The position numbers were made by a program, and so were the translations under genes. From an uncultured Methanosarcinales archaeon (lineage in GTDB: Archaea; Nanobdellota; Nanobdellia; Woesearchaeales; CALCXY01), in contig CAYLOA010000004.1 of NCBI GenBank assembly GCA_964385185.1, positions 482 through 64,481 of the forward strand: DNA of 64,000 bases. The letters run 5' to 3'. The notes below the pieces were generated by a model. The model was not told where the DNA came from. It did not search any database and was given only the letters and a program-made list of their open reading frames with translations. Shown here in pieces: positions 1-10,326 of this stretch (positions are counted from its first letter, which is position 1; each line of letters opens with the position of its first letter).

Positions 1-1525
1 TTAAAGGTATTCCATAAATCCAAGCATTGGGTTCAGCTTGTGTATTTGAAAATCCTCCTGGGACGAAGTTTTTGAGATGGTTAAAATAATTTCCACAATC
101 TCCTTGGAAATAACAGTATTCTCCTGTTGAGACAACCCATTTTTGAGGGCATGATTTCCCTTTGCAGTTAAATTGTTCGGATGCCATGTCGCAAACTTCT
201 TCTCCAATTCCTTCCCAATGGGGTAAACCTGGTGGAACATCTGGAAAACATTTTCTTTTAGAGTAATCATATGAAACTGTCCTATAGGGGAATGATTTAC
301 TTAGATAGGGGGCCCAGTAGCAATCTCTTTTTGTATCATCAAGGCATGCATTTGGATCTGTTTGCGAAGAACAATCTCTCCACCTATTTATTCTACAGAC
401 AGCTTCTTTCGTATCTACACTTTCTGTACAAAATTCTTCACGATAATCTCGACATTCTGTATTTTGTACCTGGCCATCTACACATGTTTTTTTGAAATGT
501 CTAGAGCCTACTGGGTCAAAACCTGCTCCTGCAATTCCATCATATTCACACCATGATTCTCCATGTTGTTTGGTATCACAGTTATCACAAGGTCTTCCTC
601 CACAGTCTAATTTTTGTGATGTGTATGTTGGGCAGTTTGTAAGTTCATCTGGAGAGGATGTACCTCCATTTGCAAAACAAATATCTCTTTTTACGTTATT
701 ATAACATCTTCTATCAGAAGTTCTGCAGTATTCGAAATTATTTTCTATTAAAGGAAGGTTTAAGACTTTAATAGTGTCAAATCCTTCTATAGCAAAATTA
801 AACTCTAAGTTATTATTTGGTTTTTTTGTTTTAAGTGTATATACAACATCAGGGTACGGTTGGTGTTTTTCAACAATAATTTCTCCAAATGTCTCTTTCA
901 TAAATTTTGATTCATCAAAAGAACTTTTTATTTCGTCATTGAGGATTGTATTTGCTAGAGATACTAATTTTCCTAAAGGTAATGGTGTTTGAAAGAAGAA
1001 TGTGTCGAGATCTTGTAATTGAGAACCTTGCGTGAACGAGAGTGGAAAGGTAAGAATAAATGTCACCTCATCTTGTGATACTCTTGTTTCTACTTCCATG
1101 TCTGATGCAGTAAATTCATATCCTAATTCTTTAAACTCACTTAACTGGAGACATGAAGGGAGGCCTTCGAGTACTTTTTCTGAAAGTTCTTTTTGAATAT
1201 TTTTTAGGGTAAGCACTTTATTTACACATCCTTTTCCGTACTCATATTCACAATGATAGGGATAGAATGTTTTAACATATTGTTTACCTGGTTGAGGGAT
1301 GAATGTTCCTCCTCTGTAGGCAATCTCTTCAACAAGAGGGTTTGCTATATCTCCTAAGCATGATGAGACTAAATTGGTAACTTCTCCACTATCTTCTGCA
1401 ATAATTACTTGATCACTGTCTGCAATTTCTGATGATTGTCTTTGGATGAAGAAAAATATTCCTGTTCCAAGTACAAGGATAAGTCCAAGAATGAAAAATA
1501 ATGAAATTTGACTCTTCTGCTTCAT
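1..1525 (-). CDS. Cysteine-rich secreted/surface protein; N-terminal signal or anchor (MKQKSQISLFFILGLILVLGTGIFFF), C-terminal half with ~30 Cys. 3' end truncated by window edge; not in the ORF track.
   Basis: Hand translation of the reverse complement gives an uninterrupted reading frame (508 codons) from ATG at 1525-1523 to position 2. There is an in-frame stop upstream at 1537-1535. The + strand ORFs at 271-992 and the 1..270(-) ORF lie in other frames and look like shadow ORFs. Confidence 0.6.
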   Translation of the reverse strand, partial: MKQKSQISLFFILGLILVLGTGIFFFIQRQSSEIADSDQVIIAEDSGEVTNLVSSCLGDIANPLVEEIAYRGGTFIPQPGKQYVKTFYPYHCEYEYGKGCVNKVLTLKNIQKELSEKVLEGLPSCLQLSEFKELGYEFTASDMEVETRVSQDEVTFILTFPLSFTQGSQLQDLDTFFFQTPLPLGKLVSLANTILNDEIKSSFDESKFMKETFGEIIVEKHQPYPDVVYTLKTKKPNNNLEFNFAIEGFDTIKVLNLPLIENNFEYCRTSDRRCYNNVKRDICFANGGTSSPDELTNCPTYTSQKLDCGGRPCDNCDTKQHGESWCEYDGIAGAGFDPVGSRHFKKTCVDGQVQNTECRDYREEFCTESVDTKEAVCRINRWRDCSSQTDPNACLDDTKRDCYWAPYLSKSFPYRTVSYDYSKRKCFPDVPPGLPHWEGIGEEVCDMASEQFNCKGKSCPQKWVVSTGEYCYFQGDCGNYFNHLKNFVPGGFSNTQAEPNAWIYGIPL

Positions 1526-1582
1526 GATACAAAGCTTATTTGAGAGTTTTAACTTATAAAGTTATATGTTAGAATCTATACA

Positions 1583-2041
1583 TTAGGCAATCTTTTTCCC
1601 CAGCTGTTCTGGAGTTATAGGAGCTACTTGCTCAGACATTGACTTTAATCCTGTTTTGAAGGTATCTCTATCTGAAATTCTTTCATGCATTGCTGGTTGG
1701 ATGACCCATTTCGTTTCTTCAGAGAATGGATTGATGAAGTAGATGGTTAAGTGAGAGAAGTGTTTAATTGTGTTCCAGACTTCTTGTAACATTTTTATAT
1801 TGTCTGGACAGTTTAGGAGGAATAATGTGATGTGGCGTTCTCTATTTAGTTTTTCAAAAAAAAGTTCTGGTTGTTTCAGGATGGGTTCTACGTATACATA
1901 TTGTGTTTTGTCAGTTCTTGTAATTAATAGGTCAGCGTTTTCTTTGCTTTCTTCTATCGATTGGATGGATCTTGTGACTAGATCTTTATTTTTAATAAAA
2001 TGTTTTGCCCAGTCTATCAAGTAGTTCTTGACTGTTTCCAT
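1583..2041 (-). CDS. Hypothetical protein (152 aa)
   Basis: ORF track. No motif recognised. Confidence 0.45.
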   Translation of the reverse strand: METVKNYLIDWAKHFIKNKDLVTRSIQSIEESKENADLLITRTDKTQYVYVEPILKQPELFFEKLNRERHITLFLLNCPDNIKMLQEVWNTIKHFSHLTIYFINPFSEETKWVIQPAMHERISDRDTFKTGLKSMSEQVAPITPEQLGKKIA

Positions 2042-2073
2042 AGATGGTATTTGGTGGAGAGGTTATTTAAAGA

Positions 2074-2508
2074 TTATTGTTTTCCTGTTGAACCAAAACC
2101 ACCTTCTCCCCTCGTTGTGTTGTCTAAGTCCTTAGTTTCAACGATGGTTGGAGTTTCAATTTTTTGGATTAGCATTTGTGCAACTCTATCTCCTTTTTTA
2201 ATTTCGATAGGTTCTTTTCCTAAGTTTATCATAACTACTCCTACCGTTCCTCGATATCCTGAATCTACTACACCAGCTAGAACGTGGGCTGCTTGTTTTG
2301 CAGCTAAACCTGATCTGTCTCGGATGTTTCCGAAGTATCCTAGCGGGATAACCATTTTTAGGCCTGTCTGAATAATATGTTTATCACCTGGAGGGATGGA
2401 GGTTTCTTCTATTGATCTTAAGTCGAAAGCTGCATCTCCTTCGTGAGCATATTCAGGTAATGGTACTTCTTTGTCTGTTCTTTGAATTTGTAATTCTATT
2501 TTAACCAC
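2074..2508 (-). CDS. dut: dUTP diphosphatase (trimeric dUTPase)
   Basis: dUTPase motifs: AAFDLRS, GLAAKQ, GVVDSGYRG. C-terminal Gly-rich tail GGFGSTG. Confidence 0.85.
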   Translation of the reverse strand: MVKIELQIQRTDKEVPLPEYAHEGDAAFDLRSIEETSIPPGDKHIIQTGLKMVIPLGYFGNIRDRSGLAAKQAAHVLAGVVDSGYRGTVGVVMINLGKEPIEIKKGDRVAQMLIQKIETPTIVETKDLDNTTRGEGGFGSTGKQ

Positions 2509-2511
2509 CTC

Positions 2512-2949
2512 TTATGATTGTGCAATTTCGTTATTTTTAAGAATTTCTGTACACGCTTGAGCAACTTCAATTCCTTTTATTTGCATATGTTCTTTGTAGA
2601 AATTTTCATGTGTTTTATGTTCGTGAAAATGATGTGGAGTGAGGACTGCTGATAGTATGGGAACTTCTGTATTTAATTGTGTTTTCATGATGCCGTTCAA
2701 TACGGCATTTGCAACAAAGTCATGACGATAGATTCCACCATCTACAATGAGACCTGATGCTACAATAGCATCATAGTTTCCTGATTTAGCTAAGGTTTTT
2801 GCTTTTAGTGGGATTTCTAAGGAACCAGGAACTTGAAAGAAGTCAATATCATTGGTGCCTAGTTTGTGCATTTCAGTTGTAAAAGAATCTCTGCAGATGT
2901 TTACAATGTTTTCATGCCAAGAGGCACTGATAAAAGCTATTTTTTTCAT
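2512..2949 (-). CDS. ribH: 6,7-dimethyl-8-ribityllumazine synthase
   Basis: Lumazine synthase pattern: SWHENI...VPGSLEIP...DAIVASGLIVDGGIYRHDFV...VPILSAVLT. Confidence 0.75.
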   Translation of the reverse strand: MKKIAFISASWHENIVNICRDSFTTEMHKLGTNDIDFFQVPGSLEIPLKAKTLAKSGNYDAIVASGLIVDGGIYRHDFVANAVLNGIMKTQLNTEVPILSAVLTPHHFHEHKTHENFYKEHMQIKGIEVAQACTEILKNNEIAQS

Positions 2950-3025
2950 AGTATCACTTTATGGTATGTAATGGTTGATGTTTTATAAGTTTTGTGGCAC
3001 CTAAAACTATATAAGTAATCTTCAC

Positions 3026-4285
3026 TTGCTTATTTTTATGTTAGAAAGTTTGAAGAAGCAAGATCCTCAATTGTGGGAGAGTATTTCTAAAGAGTTGAAA
3101 CGACAACAGGAAGGGTTGGAGATGATTCCTAGTGAGAATATTGTTTCTTTGCCTGTTTTAGAGGCTATGGGGAGCGTGTTGACTAATAAGTATTCTGAAG
3201 GCTATCCTAAAAAGAGATATTATGGCGGTAATGAGTTTATTGATGAAGTAGAACAGCTGGCTATTGATCGAGCAAAGGTATTATTTGGGGCAGAGCATGT
3301 TAATGTGCAGCCTTTATCTGGGAGTCCTGCTAATCAGGCAGTCTATCATGCTTTCTTGGAACTTAATGATAAATTGATGGGATTACAATTAGATCATGGA
3401 GGTCATTTGACTCATGGTCATCCTGTGAATTTTTCTGGGAAACATTATAATTGTGTTCAGTATCAATTAGGGAAGGATTGTTTGTTGGATTATGATGCTA
3501 TTGAAAAAATGGCAAAGGTGGAGAAACCTAAGATGATTCAATCAGGATATACAGCTTATCCTCGTCAGATTGATTTCAAAAGATTTAGGGAGATCTGTGA
3601 TACAGTCGGAGCTTATTTTTTTGTTGATATGAGTCATTTTGCAGGATTGGTTGCAGGAGATGCACATCCTAGTCCAATTCCCTTTGCTGATGTTGTTATG
3701 ACTACTACTCATAAGACACTGCGTGGTCCTCGTGGAGCTATGATCATGTGCAAAGAAGAATTTGCTGAGAAAGTTGATAAGGCTATATTTCCAGGATTAC
3801 AAGGTGGACCTCATAATCATACTAATGCAGGAAAGGCTGTTGCTTTTGCTGAAGCTCTTAAACCTGAATTTAAAGAGTATGCTGGGCAGGTTGTGAAGAA
3901 TGCTCGTGAACTAGCTCGAGTGATGGCTGAAGGTGGTTTGAATATTGTGAGTGGTGGGACGGATACTCATTTGGCTTTAGTTGATTTAACTGATAAGAAA
4001 ATAACGGGAAAAGAAGCTGAAGGTGCATTGGATGAAGCAGGTATTTATGTCAATAAAAATACGGTTCCTTTTGATCATAGAAAACCTTGGGATCCTAGCG
4101 GGATTCGGTTAGGGACTCCTGTTTTGACTTCAAGAGGGATGAAAGAACAAGATATGGTGACTGTAGGTGGGTTGATTTTACAAGCTATTGAGCATCATGA
4201 TACTACAGATGTTAAAGCTAAAGTTCGGAAAGAAGTTATGGAATTGTGTAGTGAGTTTCCTATATATAGTGAGTTGAACACATAA
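3026..4285 (+). CDS. glyA: Serine hydroxymethyltransferase
   Basis: SHMT hallmarks: NKYSEGYPKKRYYGG, PLSGSPANQAVY, TTTHKTLRGPRGAMI (PLP-Lys region). Confidence 0.9.
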   Translation: MLIFMLESLKKQDPQLWESISKELKRQQEGLEMIPSENIVSLPVLEAMGSVLTNKYSEGYPKKRYYGGNEFIDEVEQLAIDRAKVLFGAEHVNVQPLSGSPANQAVYHAFLELNDKLMGLQLDHGGHLTHGHPVNFSGKHYNCVQYQLGKDCLLDYDAIEKMAKVEKPKMIQSGYTAYPRQIDFKRFREICDTVGAYFFVDMSHFAGLVAGDAHPSPIPFADVVMTTTHKTLRGPRGAMIMCKEEFAEKVDKAIFPGLQGGPHNHTNAGKAVAFAEALKPEFKEYAGQVVKNARELARVMAEGGLNIVSGGTDTHLALVDLTDKKITGKEAEGALDEAGIYVNKNTVPFDHRKPWDPSGIRLGTPVLTSRGMKEQDMVTVGGLILQAIEHHDTTDVKAKVRKEVMELCSEFPIYSELNT

Positions 4286-4316
4286 CGATTAAATAGATTT
4301 ATGAGGGAAAAAGAGG

Positions 4317-5189
4317 ATGGAAGCATATCATAAGATTGTTCAACATATCTTGGATAGTGGTGAACTTAAACAAAATCGGACTGGTATTAAGGCTTTCACG
4401 GTGGCAGGAGCCATGTTTGAACACAACATGGCAACTGGTTTTCCACTTATGACTACAAAGAAAATGCCTTTCAAGGTTATAGCTTCTGAGCTGGAGTTTT
4501 TTATCAAAGGGATAACTGATAAAAAGTGGTTGCAGGATCGGAAGAACTTTATCTGGAATGAGTGGGCTAATCCTCAAAAAGCTCCCTATGGTCATAGTTC
4601 TGAAGCTAAAGCTAAGATGGCTGCTGAAAGAGATCTTGGAGCGGTGTATGGATTTCAGTGGAGACATTTTGGGGCTGAATATGAAAATTATGATACAGAT
4701 TACAGTGGTATGGGTGTGGATCAGCTACAGTATGTTGTTGACATGTTAAAAAAGGATCCTTCAGATCGTCGTATGATTGTGAGTGCTTGGAATCCAGCTG
4801 CAAAGGCTAAAATGGGATTGCCGCCGTGTCATTATGCGTTTCAAGTTACGGTGATTAATGGAAAGCTTAATCTACTCTGGAATCAAAGAAGTGTTGATAC
4901 CATGTTGGGATTACCTTTTAATATTGCTAGCTATGGGTTGTTGTTGCATTTGCTTGCAAAGGAGGCAAGGCTTGAAGAAGGGAAGTTAGTTGGTTTTTTG
5001 GGAGATGTGCATATATATGATAATCATGTTGATGGAGCGAAAGAACAAATGAGCCGGAATATTGAAGAGTATCCACTCCCTAAGATTGTTACAAAAGATT
5101 TTAAGAGTATATTTGAGTGGAAAGCTGAAGATAGTGTAATTGAAGGGTATGAGAGTCATCCTAAGATTCCTTTTACTATAGCGGTGTAA
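4317..5189 (+). CDS. thyA: Thymidylate synthase (ThyA type)
   Basis: ThyA active-site region PPCHYAFQV, plus NQRSVDTMLGLPFNIASYGLL and DRRMIVSAWNP. Confidence 0.9.
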   Translation: MEAYHKIVQHILDSGELKQNRTGIKAFTVAGAMFEHNMATGFPLMTTKKMPFKVIASELEFFIKGITDKKWLQDRKNFIWNEWANPQKAPYGHSSEAKAKMAAERDLGAVYGFQWRHFGAEYENYDTDYSGMGVDQLQYVVDMLKKDPSDRRMIVSAWNPAAKAKMGLPPCHYAFQVTVINGKLNLLWNQRSVDTMLGLPFNIASYGLLLHLLAKEARLEEGKLVGFLGDVHIYDNHVDGAKEQMSRNIEEYPLPKIVTKDFKSIFEWKAEDSVIEGYESHPKIPFTIAV

Positions 5190-5190
5190 G

Positions 5191-5658
5191 ATGGGTATAA
5201 CAATTATTTCTGCAATGACTGAGGATCGTGTTATTGGTAAACATAATGATCTTCCTTGGCATCTTCCTGCAGAGTTTTCTCATTTTAAAGAAACTACTAC
5301 AGACGGAGTTTGTATTATGGGACGTCGGACGTTTGAGAGTTTTGGTAAACGACCTCTTCCTAATAGGGTGAATATTATTGTTTCTTCTTCCCTTGAGAAA
5401 GGAGAAGGTTATGAAGTTGTTTCTAGTGTTGAAGAAGGGATAGCACGAGGGAAAGTTCTTGGTAAGGAAGTTTTTATCTGTGGCGGTTCTCGGATCTATG
5501 CAGAGGGTATTGCTCTAGCAGATCGGATGATTCTAACTACTGTTAAACAAAAATATGAGGGAGATACCTATTTTCCTGAGTTTGATTCTTCTCAATGGCA
5601 TTCAGATAAAGTTGAAGATCGAGGGGATTTTGTTATTACTTGGTATAGTAGAAATTAA
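5191..5658 (+). CDS. folA: Dihydrofolate reductase
   Basis: DHFR motifs IISAMTEDRVIG, LPWHLP, MGRRTFES, ICGG. Four-base overlap with thyA. Confidence 0.85.
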   Translation: MGITIISAMTEDRVIGKHNDLPWHLPAEFSHFKETTTDGVCIMGRRTFESFGKRPLPNRVNIIVSSSLEKGEGYEVVSSVEEGIARGKVLGKEVFICGGSRIYAEGIALADRMILTTVKQKYEGDTYFPEFDSSQWHSDKVEDRGDFVITWYSRN

Positions 5659-7967
5659 AAATCAGCTAAGGAACTTTGTTTTGTGGACTTTAAGATATCA
5701 TCAAAGTCTTGATTGAAAAAGATTAATAATGAGTCTGCAATCGGTTTTATTTGTTTTTCAATATAATGATCATAGTCAATTCTTGTGTTTTTTTCTTTTA
5801 CTATTTCAGGACCTTTAGCTGTTATTATGTATTCTATTTTTCCTACTCCTTTAATTCCTGCTTTTCTAGCTGCTTTTATGTGAGGGGGAGTTGTTTTTGT
5901 ATATTCTTCCACTGGTTTTCTAATTGATTTTTTGTAGATTAAGAGATGATCATGATTTCCATCTTTGAGTTCACTGCAAAACTTAGCTATGAATTGCTCT
6001 ATTTTTTCCCCTTTGAATAATTTTAGGAGAAGTTTGTATTGAAATTGTTTTGCTAGGTCTGTCCAGTCTGAACGGACGGATTCTAGACCTGTGAATACCA
6101 GTTCATCTTTTCCGTCTTTTTCTAAGAGTCCGGCGTAGCGTTTTTTTGCTCCTTTAGTAGAACCTCTTACTGATGGCATAAAGAATTTTTTGAATATTTT
6201 TTCAAATTCAATTTCTAAGTATGAAGTAAGGTTGTATTCTTTTTTTATGTGTTTTTTGAAGAAATTGTTTAACGTTTGTTCTAGTTCTTTTGCATTCTTT
6301 TTGGATTCTGCGTATGATGTATGATTTGATTTTACAAAAATGGAGTCTGTGTCACCGTATATCACCTCAAACCCTAAAACTTCAGCTTTATCTGCACACA
6401 ATTTGATCAAGTGTTGACCAAAATGAGTGATAGCGTTTGATATTTCTCTTGAATAGAATCTGCAGATAGGATTTGCTAGGACTCCGAAAAAGGAATTCAT
6501 CAGAATTTTAATTGCATTTGAAGCTAGTGGGTCTTTTGCCTTTTTTGCTACGTCTCTTTGCTCCCATAAATGTTCAATGATATTCGGAAGGATTCCATTT
6601 TCTCTTTTAAAATGTGCTTTGTTTGGGGCTTCAATTAATTCTGATTTTTTGTAGTTTTTTGAATCTTCAACATATGCCCAGGGATCGATGTTAAATGTTC
6701 TGATGATGGAAGGGTATAGGCTTTTGAAGTCTAGGACAACTATATTGTCGTATATTCCTGGTTTTGAGTCTCGTACATATCCTCCTGTAATTCTTTCTTC
6801 TCTGTCACCATATTCTCCTGATGGAGCGGCAATCTTTCTCTTTTTTAATTCTCTTAGATAGAGACTGTCAAATGAAGTGATTGAACCTTTTACTCCATCC
6901 AATTGAATTCCTGTTAATAGGGATCTTTGGATGGTGAGGTCTAAGACGGTGGAGTTTTTCAGAATATCAAATGCTAACTTTGCATCTAAGAGGTTGTATG
7001 CTATGAATGTTTGTACGTCTGTTTTGTAGGCATTGTCAATTTGTTGGTATCTACTGTCTCCTTCGAATATTTTTTTATCGTTTGTAAATGCTTTAGCAGC
7101 AGTTGCTAGTTTGTAATCTGGTAATTTTACGAAATTTATTTTTAATAGGTTTATTCCGTCTAAGATGACTCTTCCTGGAACGATAGCTGAGGATTCTTGA
7201 AAAAATGAATCTCTAATGTATAATCTTGTATCTCCTTCATTTCTTCCTATGTCTAATTTTATGTTGTGTTTGATTGCTTCGTCTTTTAGGAACTTTAAGT
7301 CGAAGTCTATGAAATTCCATCCTGTTATGATATCTGGATCATATTTTATGATGATATTTTTGAATTCTTCTAGAAGTGATTTAGATTCTTTGAATGATTT
7401 TGCATTTTTTACTGGTTTGTCTTTTATGATTAATACTTCTTTTAGATTTTTACCGTATAATGCGATGCTATACAATTCTTTTGCTTTTTTGTCTGTTTCA
7501 ATATCTATAGATAAGACTTTTAGTTCTGGGAAGTATTTTGTGGGGGTAATTTTTGCATTTTTGTAGTAGTTTTTTACTCTTTGTTCTTTTGTTGGTGTTC
7601 CTTCTATGTTTATAGTTGAGAGAATTTTGTGATCAATTAAGAATCTGCTTGGGAATTTGATATCTACTTCATAATTTGCAATTTTATTATCACTAAAAAG
7701 TTTTCTTATTTCATTTGTGGTTTTTGGGTTTCCTAGAGTTACCTTTGTTAGTGCTTCGTTATTGAAGTTTTTGAAATTTGATGTTTGATATTCGATGGGT
7801 GCTAGTTTTTCAGCCTTTTTTTGGTCTGTTTCTTTTATGTAGAAGTATGGTTTGTAGGGATTTTCAACTAGGAATGACTCTCCGTTATCTAGCTTACCGT
7901 ATACTTGGACAATTGCTTTGTCTCCTTCTACTTTGTAATTGGTGTTTGTAATGAATCCCTTTGCCAT
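5655..7967 (-). CDS. polB: DNA polymerase family B (Exo I-III plus Pol motifs A/B/C)
   Basis: LSIDIETD (Exo I), DFKSLYPSII (motif A), KILMNSFFGVL (motif B), YGDTDSIFV (motif C). Confidence 0.9.
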   Translation of the reverse strand: MAKGFITNTNYKVEGDKAIVQVYGKLDNGESFLVENPYKPYFYIKETDQKKAEKLAPIEYQTSNFKNFNNEALTKVTLGNPKTTNEIRKLFSDNKIANYEVDIKFPSRFLIDHKILSTINIEGTPTKEQRVKNYYKNAKITPTKYFPELKVLSIDIETDKKAKELYSIALYGKNLKEVLIIKDKPVKNAKSFKESKSLLEEFKNIIIKYDPDIITGWNFIDFDLKFLKDEAIKHNIKLDIGRNEGDTRLYIRDSFFQESSAIVPGRVILDGINLLKINFVKLPDYKLATAAKAFTNDKKIFEGDSRYQQIDNAYKTDVQTFIAYNLLDAKLAFDILKNSTVLDLTIQRSLLTGIQLDGVKGSITSFDSLYLRELKKRKIAAPSGEYGDREERITGGYVRDSKPGIYDNIVVLDFKSLYPSIIRTFNIDPWAYVEDSKNYKKSELIEAPNKAHFKRENGILPNIIEHLWEQRDVAKKAKDPLASNAIKILMNSFFGVLANPICRFYSREISNAITHFGQHLIKLCADKAEVLGFEVIYGDTDSIFVKSNHTSYAESKKNAKELEQTLNNFFKKHIKKEYNLTSYLEIEFEKIFKKFFMPSVRGSTKGAKKRYAGLLEKDGKDELVFTGLESVRSDWTDLAKQFQYKLLLKLFKGEKIEQFIAKFCSELKDGNHDHLLIYKKSIRKPVEEYTKTTPPHIKAARKAGIKGVGKIEYIITAKGPEIVKEKNTRIDYDHYIEKQIKPIADSLLIFFNQDFDDILKSTKQSSLADF

Positions 7968-8006
7968 GCTAATTTAGTTGTTTTTTCTCTTATAAATACT
8001 TACTGT

Positions 8007-8711
8007 TTACAACCTTATAATAAAATCTTCCTTGAAGAGAGGGGGTACTTTGAGTTTCATGTCTTTGTATACTTCTGGTAAGACTCCCATGTCTGTTACA
8101 TATGTGTCACCGAAATTACCTTTTTCTGAACCTACTTTTGGTAGTGAGAGGCATAAGGTGTAGGTTGCATTAGTGCAGGGTTCAGAGCATAATCCTTCAG
8201 CAGATTGTCCTGAGGGGATGTCTATGCTGAGGATGGTCTTTTTGGACGAGTTCATAGTTTCAATTGCAGTTGCGTATCTTCCTTTAGGATCACCTTTTAG
8301 ATTGTATCCTAATAATGCATCTATTACTATATGTGCAGATTGGATACTTGACTGTAGTTGGGAAAATGATTTTATTATGGTGATGTTTGTTTTCTTTGCT
8401 ATTTGTAGATGGTGGAGTGGTTCTTTTTTGATATCTTCTGTGATGAGGAATAATGTTACATTAGCCCCCCAATTGTATAGATATCGTGCTGCACATATTC
8501 CATCTCCTCCATTATTTCCTTTTCCTGCAAGGATGAGGATGGATTTGTTTTTTATGCTTGTAGTTTTTGAGGTTGCTAGCAGACGTTTTGTGAGGACAGC
8601 TGTGTTAAATCCAGCAATTTCCATCATTTGTGTAACTGAGATTTTGTATTTTTCAATCATGAGTCTATCTACTTCAGTCATTTGTTGTTTTGTGATGTAA
8701 GGGATTTTCAT
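8007..8711 (-). CDS. NAD(P)H-hydrate epimerase (YjeF N-terminal domain)
   Basis: ILAGKGNNGGDGICAARYL, typical of YjeF_N. Confidence 0.65.
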   Translation of the reverse strand: MKIPYITKQQMTEVDRLMIEKYKISVTQMMEIAGFNTAVLTKRLLATSKTTSIKNKSILILAGKGNNGGDGICAARYLYNWGANVTLFLITEDIKKEPLHHLQIAKKTNITIIKSFSQLQSSIQSAHIVIDALLGYNLKGDPKGRYATAIETMNSSKKTILSIDIPSGQSAEGLCSEPCTNATYTLCLSLPKVGSEKGNFGDTYVTDMGVLPEVYKDMKLKVPPLFKEDFIIRL

Positions 8712-8777
8712 ACTCTTTATTTTGGTAGAGTAGTATAAATAACTAACTTTTTATATTGTATTTCTGCAGAATGATGT

Positions 8778-10262
8778 ATGATCAATTTATTGCTAGCTTT
8801 GAGTCCTGTTCTTTTAGTTGTAGTGTTATTGTTGTTTAAGAAACCGTTAACTACTGCAGCACCTCTTACCTATGTGTATACATTAGGTATTGTGTTGTTT
8901 GTCTGGAAGATGATGCCTTCTGCCGTAGTTGCTTCTAGTCTTAAAGGGTTGTTAGTAGGTATTGATATTCTGTTGATTATATTTGGTGCAATATTCTTTT
9001 TGGAGTTTTTGAAGAAAACTGGATTGTTAGTTAGTATTGAATATTATCTTTCTCGAATAACGGGAGATAGAAGATTGCAGGCTATTATCATAGCATGGTT
9101 ATTTGGAAGTTTTATTGAAGGAAGTGCAGGTTTTGGAACGCCAGCAGCTATTGTTGCTCCATTATTAGTGGGCATTGGTTTTCCTGCTTTGGAAGCTGTT
9201 GCTATTGCATTAATTGCTGATAGTACTAGTGTTGTGTTCGGTGCTGTTGGGACTCCGATTAGAATTGGACTGAGCGGATTGGAGATTGGGCAAATCCCTC
9301 AAATGAGTGCTTGGCTCAACATGTTTTTAGGTTTGATGGTTCCTGTGTTGATTCTTGTTGTGTTGTGTACACACGAGAAAAAGTGGAAACATATTATGCC
9401 TGCGTTGCCGTTTGCTTTGTATGCAGGGGCTGCTTTTACAATTCCCCACTATATTTTTTCTTTCTTAGGTCCTGAGTTTCCTTCTCTTTTAGGGGGATTG
9501 GTTGGGTTAGTAGTTGTTAGTTTGACCACACGTAAGGGCTTTTTGGTACCTAAGAAAGAGTTGCACTTTGGTAGGAAAAAAGTTAAGTTGAAAGCTGAGC
9601 ATACCCTTTTGAAGGCAGGATTTCCTTATCTCTTATTGTCTGGATTTTTGATAGGAGGGAAGTATTTACTTTCTAGTTTTCGTATTCCTCTGGGTGAGGG
9701 ATTAAGTCATATGTTTAGTTTGTATAATCCAGGAATTATGTTTATTTTAACTGTGTTGATTGTTAATTTATTGTATAAAGAGCATCATATTTGTGTGGAT
9801 GCTTGTGAAGAGGCCAGTACCATTATGCATAAACCGTTTATTGCTATTGCATTTACCGTTGGATTTGTACAGTTGATGGTGAATAGTGGGATGAACAGTG
9901 TTGGTGGAGGGAGTATGATTTCAATTATTGCTGGGTTGGCTGAGACTTCTCTTCTTCCTTTTATTTCTCCTTTTATTGGAGCTTTTGGAGCATTTATTGC
10001 CGGGAGTGCAACAGTGAGTACACTTCTTTTTGGTAAATTTCAGTTTTTAGCTGCAACCAATTTGGGGTTGAATACTTCTAAGATTTTGGCTTTGCAATTA
10101 GTTGGTGCTGGAGTAGGGAATATGATTGCTTTGACAAATATTATCGCTGCACAAGCTACTGTTAAATTATATCATAAAGAAATGAGTATTTTGAAAATGA
10201 CTATTATTCCTTGTTTGATTTATTTATTTGTTGCCGGAGTGGTTGGATTGATTTGGTTGTAG
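8778..10262 (+). CDS. Polytopic membrane transporter, possibly lactate permease (LctP)-like
   Basis: About 12 hydrophobic segments over 494 aa. Family assignment is tentative. Confidence 0.4.
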   Translation: MINLLLALSPVLLVVVLLLFKKPLTTAAPLTYVYTLGIVLFVWKMMPSAVVASSLKGLLVGIDILLIIFGAIFFLEFLKKTGLLVSIEYYLSRITGDRRLQAIIIAWLFGSFIEGSAGFGTPAAIVAPLLVGIGFPALEAVAIALIADSTSVVFGAVGTPIRIGLSGLEIGQIPQMSAWLNMFLGLMVPVLILVVLCTHEKKWKHIMPALPFALYAGAAFTIPHYIFSFLGPEFPSLLGGLVGLVVVSLTTRKGFLVPKKELHFGRKKVKLKAEHTLLKAGFPYLLLSGFLIGGKYLLSSFRIPLGEGLSHMFSLYNPGIMFILTVLIVNLLYKEHHICVDACEEASTIMHKPFIAIAFTVGFVQLMVNSGMNSVGGGSMISIIAGLAETSLLPFISPFIGAFGAFIAGSATVSTLLFGKFQFLAATNLGLNTSKILALQLVGAGVGNMIALTNIIAAQATVKLYHKEMSILKMTIIPCLIYLFVAGVVGLIWL

Positions 10263-10326
10263 GTGTCAAAATATTTTTTGATTTTTCTTACACAACTTTT
10301 ATAAGTATTGTAGTGTAGATTAAGGT

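Noticed and set aside
1-992. Track ORFs 1-270(-), 271-495(+), 362-556(+), 492-704(+), 774-992(+)
   Set aside because: All overlap the 508-codon minus-strand ORF in other frames. They are short and motif-free, so they are treated as shadow ORFs.
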